Source: an uncultured Candidatus Saccharibacteria bacterium (lineage in GTDB: Bacteria > Patescibacteriota > Saccharimonadia > Saccharimonadales > 2-12-FULL-41-12). From it: a stretch of 64,000 nt of DNA. Position 1 is the stretch's first letter. Each line of letters begins with the position of its first letter. Positions 59,947 through 64,000 of the stretch are shown here, one piece after another. The notes beneath the pieces are model-generated. The model saw only the letters and a program-made list of their open reading frames with translations. It had not been told where the DNA came from and searched no databases. The position numbers and the translations under genes are program-made. Location of the stretch: positions 277,788-341,787 of the forward strand of contig CAMTYB010000001.1 of assembly GCA_947085855.1 (NCBI GenBank), written 5' to 3'.

Positions 59947-62900
59947 TTAGCGTTGAATATGGATGGTATCTTCGTGATGAGACCCCTGATCGGAGTCGCT
60001 ACTGTGGCCGCTCGCGTGAGTTGAGCTTGAGTGATCTTGCTGCTTATTTTTGTGAATTGTAAACTCGCCAGCTGGGTGAGTTTTATCTGTCTTCCGATGA
60101 TGTTGTTTGGTCTGCTGCTTCGTCGGCGGCTCAGCCGGCATAGCCATGCCCTGACTAACTCCATTAAACTGCGTGGCGTTTGTGCTGGCGGGACTCGGTG
60201 GCAAGCCTGAATTCACAGGGTACGTTTGTGCTGGCGGGTAACCGGCGCCAACCTGGACTGGTTGTGAAGTTCCAAAAGCCTGGTTAGACGCTGGCGGTTG
60301 ACCGATTGGACGGGCAGCCATATTGCCTTGACTCATCTGACCACCTGGGCCTTGGCGACGCTTGTCGAGCCACTGGTCCAAGAACGAGCCATTTCGATTA
60401 GGTGGAGGGGCTGCTGCTGTTGCTGGCATTTGCGCCCCTGCCCCTGTGGCCCCTGTGACACCAAACTGCCCAGTTGGACGTCCTGCTGCCGCTCCCTGCA
60501 TACCTGCTGCCGCCCCTGGGCGACCATATGCCCCTGCAGCTCCGGCTGCGGCCGGGCGAGCACCGGCTGGCGGTTCAATCGTCTTCATGCGAGCAAAGAT
60601 TTCCTTTTCTACAACCTGACGTGGGCGACCATGCTTAGCAGCTGACAACTGTTTCAAAGCATCTCCCAAGTCCTTACTTGGCGTACCAAGCGGCGCAATT
60701 GTGGCCATACTAAACGGCTGCGTAGGCACGCCACCAATCAAGGTTCGAACAATCGTGTTGCGGTTTGGCACGCGTAGCAAATCTTCGGTATCAAAGAACG
60801 GCTGGAAGTAGCGCGTCAGCGACTCAATATCATTTTGGCCAATACGGAAAGCTACGATGGTACCCATGTTACCAAAGACAGCGTCACGAATTTCTTCGGT
60901 CAGCTGGGTTGTAAACTGGTTGGCTACTACTAGGTTAAGGTGATATTTGCGAGCTTCGGACATGATGGTCGCAAACGAGTCTGTTGAGAAGTTCTGGAAC
61001 TCGTCCACGTACAAACAGAAGTCGACGCGATCATCTTCTGGGATGTTGGCACGCGACATAGCGGCCGCCTGGAATTTCATCACAAAAATCATACCCAACA
61101 GATTGGAGTTCAGGTCACCGGTTCGACCCTTAGACAAGTTAACGAGCAGGATTTTCTTGTTGTCCATAACATCGCGCAGGTCAAATGAACTCACCGTTTG
61201 ACCGATGATATTGCGCATCATGCTGTTAGACAAGAAGGCACCGAATTTAGAAACGAACCAACTCACCACGTCACCAAATTCATTAGAACGCTTAGCCTGG
61301 ACCATTTCCTTCTGCCAAAAGTCCAGGACGTTCTGGTCGGTCACATATTTTAGCTTCTGAGCCACGTACTGGTCGTCTCGGAAGAGTTTTGGTATGTCGA
61401 TGAATGATCCACCACCCGGACCGGCCATAACCGTTAGAGCAGCATTACGGAAGATATGCTCATACCGCGCGCCAATCATACCTTGCCGGTTTGGGTCATA
61501 CAACTTATAGAGCACGTTAATAACTTCTTGGATCACGAAATCTTTTTCGTCATCAGTCTTGGCCTCAAACACATTCAGACCTAACGGATAGTCAGTATCA
61601 GCCGGACAGAAGTAAATAATGTCTTCGGTCCGCTCTTTTGGCACCATCGACAACAGTTTTTCGGCCGTATCGCCATGAGGGTCAATAAAAGCAAAGCCGT
61701 TACCCATTAACATATCTTGGAGGGCCAGATTTTCTAGGAACGTTGATTTACCGGTACCAGTCTGGCCAACGGCATAGATGTGGCGCTGCCGGTCCTCAAG
61801 TGCCAATCTAATGGGCTTCTTGATGCCACGGAAGACGTTGTACCCAAGCAGTAGGCCTTCGTCAGGCACGTTACGCGGGCCGTCAACCTGTTTAGAGTCC
61901 TGGCGTGTTAACTGTGAGGTTGGGATGTCCTCTTGTTGCGGGAAGTGAAAAATAGTCGCCAGCTCGATAGAGTTCAAAATATTTTTATCATGATGCTGCG
62001 GGAAAAAGCGCATAATATACGCCGTCACAAAGGCTTCGGTATCGACTGCTGGCGTGTAATGGAAGCCATTCTTGCCCTGGGCGTTAAACAGCGCAAAGCT
62101 GGCTACGATATTACTCTGGACAGCTTGAGCACGCTGGGCAATGTTAGACGAAGATACAATACGAATGGTAGTTTCAAAGCCTGGGTAACGAGTTTTTTCA
62201 TCGATTGAATCCAGGATAGCCTGTTCGTGACTTGAAAGATTGCTGCCTGGAGGGCCACTGGCGCCACTCTTGTCTTCTGGCGGCTTTACGAGTGCGACAA
62301 AGATTTGATTGAACCACCACATAGCCAAAGCGCCACCCTTTTTCTTCTCATTGCCTTCACGCTTTTTCTTGGCAACTTCATTGGCTTCTTTGGCCCAACC
62401 GTCTCTGGCAGGGCGAATGAGGATCTGGATCGCTGCACCGTCCTCTTTATCAAGTGTCGACAGGGCGTTCAACACCGACATCAATGGGTCACGCTTTAGG
62501 TCTTGATAGGTAGCAATCGGGTACGCAAACTTCTCTTTCAAGGTCAGTTCACCACCGAGCGTACCGTTTAGCCGACCGACTTTGTTGAAGATATTATGAT
62601 CGGTAACTTCCTCGAGCCGAGCCGATGGATAAGCACTGATAACTGCCTGGTTCACAATATCTACTAAGCCAACTGGCACTATTGCGTATAAGCGCACAAA
62701 GCCATCGCGAGCTACAATTTCCAAAGATATGTGACGCTGCCCATAGAATTGCCGCTTAAAGCTCTTTTCGATAGTGCTGGCAATGATGCTATAGACTGTC
62801 TGAACCTTCGAGATATTCTCGTCGGTAACATCACGAATGTCACGGTTGTTACCATCGGTATCATCGCTCGGTGGTGGCAGGTGAATTAATAGCGGCACCA

Positions 62901-63024
62901 TCTTGAGGCCACGCTCGAAGTTCTTCTGTTCGCGCAAAACTTTACGCGACTGCAAAAAGATAATCGGCCCAATAATAAGGGCTATACAGATTACTCCAAC
63001 CAGTAGTGCGATAAGTGCGGCCAT
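59947..63024 (-). CDS. Membrane-anchored FtsK/HerA-superfamily P-loop ATPase resembling VirD4/TraG/TraD type IV coupling proteins, with a ~210-aa Pro/Ala/Gly/Gln-rich C-terminal tail
   Basis: N-terminal TM. Walker A GQTGTGKST (61744-61770), IDPHGD, Walker B LYVDEFQNF, ARKYHLNLVVANQFTTQL. Low-complexity tail at 59947-60582. Confidence 0.6.
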   Translation of the reverse strand: MAALIALLVGVICIALIIGPIIFLQSRKVLREQKNFERGLKMVPLLIHLPPPSDDTDGNNRDIRDVTDENISKVQTVYSIIASTIEKSFKRQFYGQRHISLEIVARDGFVRLYAIVPVGLVDIVNQAVISAYPSARLEEVTDHNIFNKVGRLNGTLGGELTLKEKFAYPIATYQDLKRDPLMSVLNALSTLDKEDGAAIQILIRPARDGWAKEANEVAKKKREGNEKKKGGALAMWWFNQIFVALVKPPEDKSGASGPPGSNLSSHEQAILDSIDEKTRYPGFETTIRIVSSSNIAQRAQAVQSNIVASFALFNAQGKNGFHYTPAVDTEAFVTAYIMRFFPQHHDKNILNSIELATIFHFPQQEDIPTSQLTRQDSKQVDGPRNVPDEGLLLGYNVFRGIKKPIRLALEDRQRHIYAVGQTGTGKSTFLENLALQDMLMGNGFAFIDPHGDTAEKLLSMVPKERTEDIIYFCPADTDYPLGLNVFEAKTDDEKDFVIQEVINVLYKLYDPNRQGMIGARYEHIFRNAALTVMAGPGGGSFIDIPKLFRDDQYVAQKLKYVTDQNVLDFWQKEMVQAKRSNEFGDVVSWFVSKFGAFLSNSMMRNIIGQTVSSFDLRDVMDNKKILLVNLSKGRTGDLNSNLLGMIFVMKFQAAAMSRANIPEDDRVDFCLYVDEFQNFSTDSFATIMSEARKYHLNLVVANQFTTQLTEEIRDAVFGNMGTIVAFRIGQNDIESLTRYFQPFFDTEDLLRVPNRNTIVRTLIGGVPTQPFSMATIAPLGTPSKDLGDALKQLSAAKHGRPRQVVEKEIFARMKTIEPPAGARPAAAGAAGAYGRPGAAAGMQGAAAGRPTGQFGVTGATGAGAQMPATAAAPPPNRNGSFLDQWLDKRRQGPGGQMSQGNMAARPIGQPPASNQAFGTSQPVQVGAGYPPAQTYPVNSGLPPSPASTNATQFNGVSQGMAMPAEPPTKQQTKQHHRKTDKTHPAGEFTIHKNKQQDHSSSTHASGHSSDSDQGSHHEDTIHIQR

Positions 63025-63032
63025 CGATTTTC

Positions 63033-63383
63033 TTAGGTAGCTATATCTTTGTTATAGCGTTTTTTTACGTAATCAGCTTTCATTTTGGCAATCTCTTCTT
63101 GCTGAAGATACGGGTCATGACCTGTGCTTTCGATGATTTGCTTAGCTTTAACTACCCACTCCTTCTCGATCAGCTCGTTGTCGGCCGCTTCATCTGGAAC
63201 GGCAACCATTGGCTGTGCACCACCTTGACTAACCCCTGTTTGGGCTTGGGCAAGCGGATCTGAAAACTGCAAATTAGCAGCCGGTGAACCCACTGGCGCT
63301 GCCTGGCCTGTCTGCTCGATAGCCGGCAACATAACATCATCTGGTTCCGATGACTGTGGTGGTTGTTTGGTAGATTGGTCCAT
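63033..63383 (-). CDS. Hypothetical protein (116 aa), disordered N-half and helical C-half
   Basis: The ORF ends 9 nt before the ATPase start, so it is probably in the same operon. Confidence 0.5.
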   Translation of the reverse strand: MDQSTKQPPQSSEPDDVMLPAIEQTGQAAPVGSPAANLQFSDPLAQAQTGVSQGGAQPMVAVPDEAADNELIEKEWVVKAKQIIESTGHDPYLQQEEIAKMKADYVKKRYNKDIAT

Positions 63384-63415
63384 AATTACCTCTTAATTAT
63401 AGCATGTCAGATCAT

Positions 63416-63769
63416 CTAATACCGCTGAATGTAAATGGTAGCAATTACGATGATAAGGGCCAGCAAAATTACATCAACTGCCGCAATGCCTCCAGTGGTC
63501 TGCAAAACAATAATCGTTGTCGATAATCCCGCCACCGACAGCGCGACAATCGGCCGCTTGCGCGGAAATCGCTTAAGGAACCCCGATGTCGTCAGCATGA
63601 GCTGAACTAAGAAGTAGATGCTGACCAATGACAATACTATCGGAACTAACAGTAGTCCAAACGAAGTTTTTTCCGGGCTCGTCGACACCAGAAAGACACC
63701 AAGCAGCACAACTGCAACTCCGAGCCCCCAAGCGTACCTATATGTAGCGTTCTTTTTCATTTCGGTCAT
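63416..63769 (-). CDS. Small integral membrane protein (117 aa, about 4 TM segments)
   Basis: Hydrophobic throughout. It is the first gene of the three-gene minus-strand unit. Confidence 0.55.
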   Translation of the reverse strand: MTEMKKNATYRYAWGLGVAVVLLGVFLVSTSPEKTSFGLLLVPIVLSLVSIYFLVQLMLTTSGFLKRFPRKRPIVALSVAGLSTTIIVLQTTGGIAAVDVILLALIIVIATIYIQRY

Positions 63770-63807
63770 GTTCTCTTTTCATCTTATCACCTTCTTAAAG
63801 ATTAGCG

Positions 63808-63857
63808 TCCAAAAAAATACAATCCTTGAATGACTCGCGTCTTAAAGGATTGTATTT
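63808..63857 (-). terminator. Strong intrinsic terminator for a minus-strand gene lying beyond the right window edge
   Basis: A perfect 13-bp stem AAATACAATCCTT/AAGGATTGTATTT followed by TTTTTTT on the minus strand. Confidence 0.7.
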
Positions 63858-64000
63858 GTGTTCACTAATTTGGTGCCGTCAGGACGATAAAACCGCTCGT
63901 TTAAATTACTGTATAGCGCTTATCGCCCCTACCTGGCTTGACTGACCGCTCGCATTTGCTTTAGGCAAACGACGAGCGATATATGAAGAGAGTGGTGAAA

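Noticed and set aside
63861-64000. A tmRNA-like impression on the plus strand. GCAAACGACGAG resembles the ANDE... tag start and lies about 92 nt after a GGUGCCGUCAGGACGAU string that vaguely resembles a tmRNA 5' end.
   Set aside because: The 5' end lacks GGGG and the G3 needed for the G3:U70 alanine identity, and it lacks the GGAUUCGAC motif. The putative tag (ANDERYMKRVVK...) is not tag-like. A strong minus-strand terminator at 63808-63857 indicates that this region is the 3' end of a minus-strand gene truncated by the window edge; two minus frames are open to the edge, stopping at 63929 or 63906.

Overview
Gene-dense bacterial chromosome segment read with the standard genetic code. Most genes are minus-strand housekeeping genes: prmC, htrA-like, LCP, lepB, parBA, rplU, ileS, nrdR-nrdJ, ftsA-ftsZ, map, adk, rpsU, priA-def-fmt, infB, rpsA and gyrBA. 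The 16S rRNA has AU instead of UC at E. coli positions 911-912. Together with many lineage-specific low-complexity membrane proteins, this fits Candidatus Saccharibacteria (TM7)/CPR; that assignment is an inference, not a database result. The main oddity is a dismembered rRNA locus. The 16S gene (51333-52798, -), a tRNA-Ala/tRNA-Ile pair on the opposite strand (50872-51045, +) and 23S-5S (36197-39948, -) each appear to have their own promoter, terminator and/or processing stem. The 16S-23S gap holds a 10-kb, translationally coupled operon for two giant Thr/Ser/Gly/Asn-rich surface proteins (1787 aa and 1568 aa). The 23S gene is about 3.44 kb, roughly 550 nt longer than usual, because of structured ORF-less insertions at three regions. 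Other notable items are a T-box leader on ileS with an atypical expression platform, an orphan ~270-nt promoter-to-terminator unit next to parA (candidate ncRNA), a VirD4/TraG-like ATPase operon, an LPXTG protein, NrdR boxes, and a small CACAC/GTGTG hairpin family. I saw no CRISPR array, transposase, integrase, reverse transcriptase or recognisable defence genes. RNA ends and regulatory coordinates are hand estimates, good to roughly +/-10 nt.
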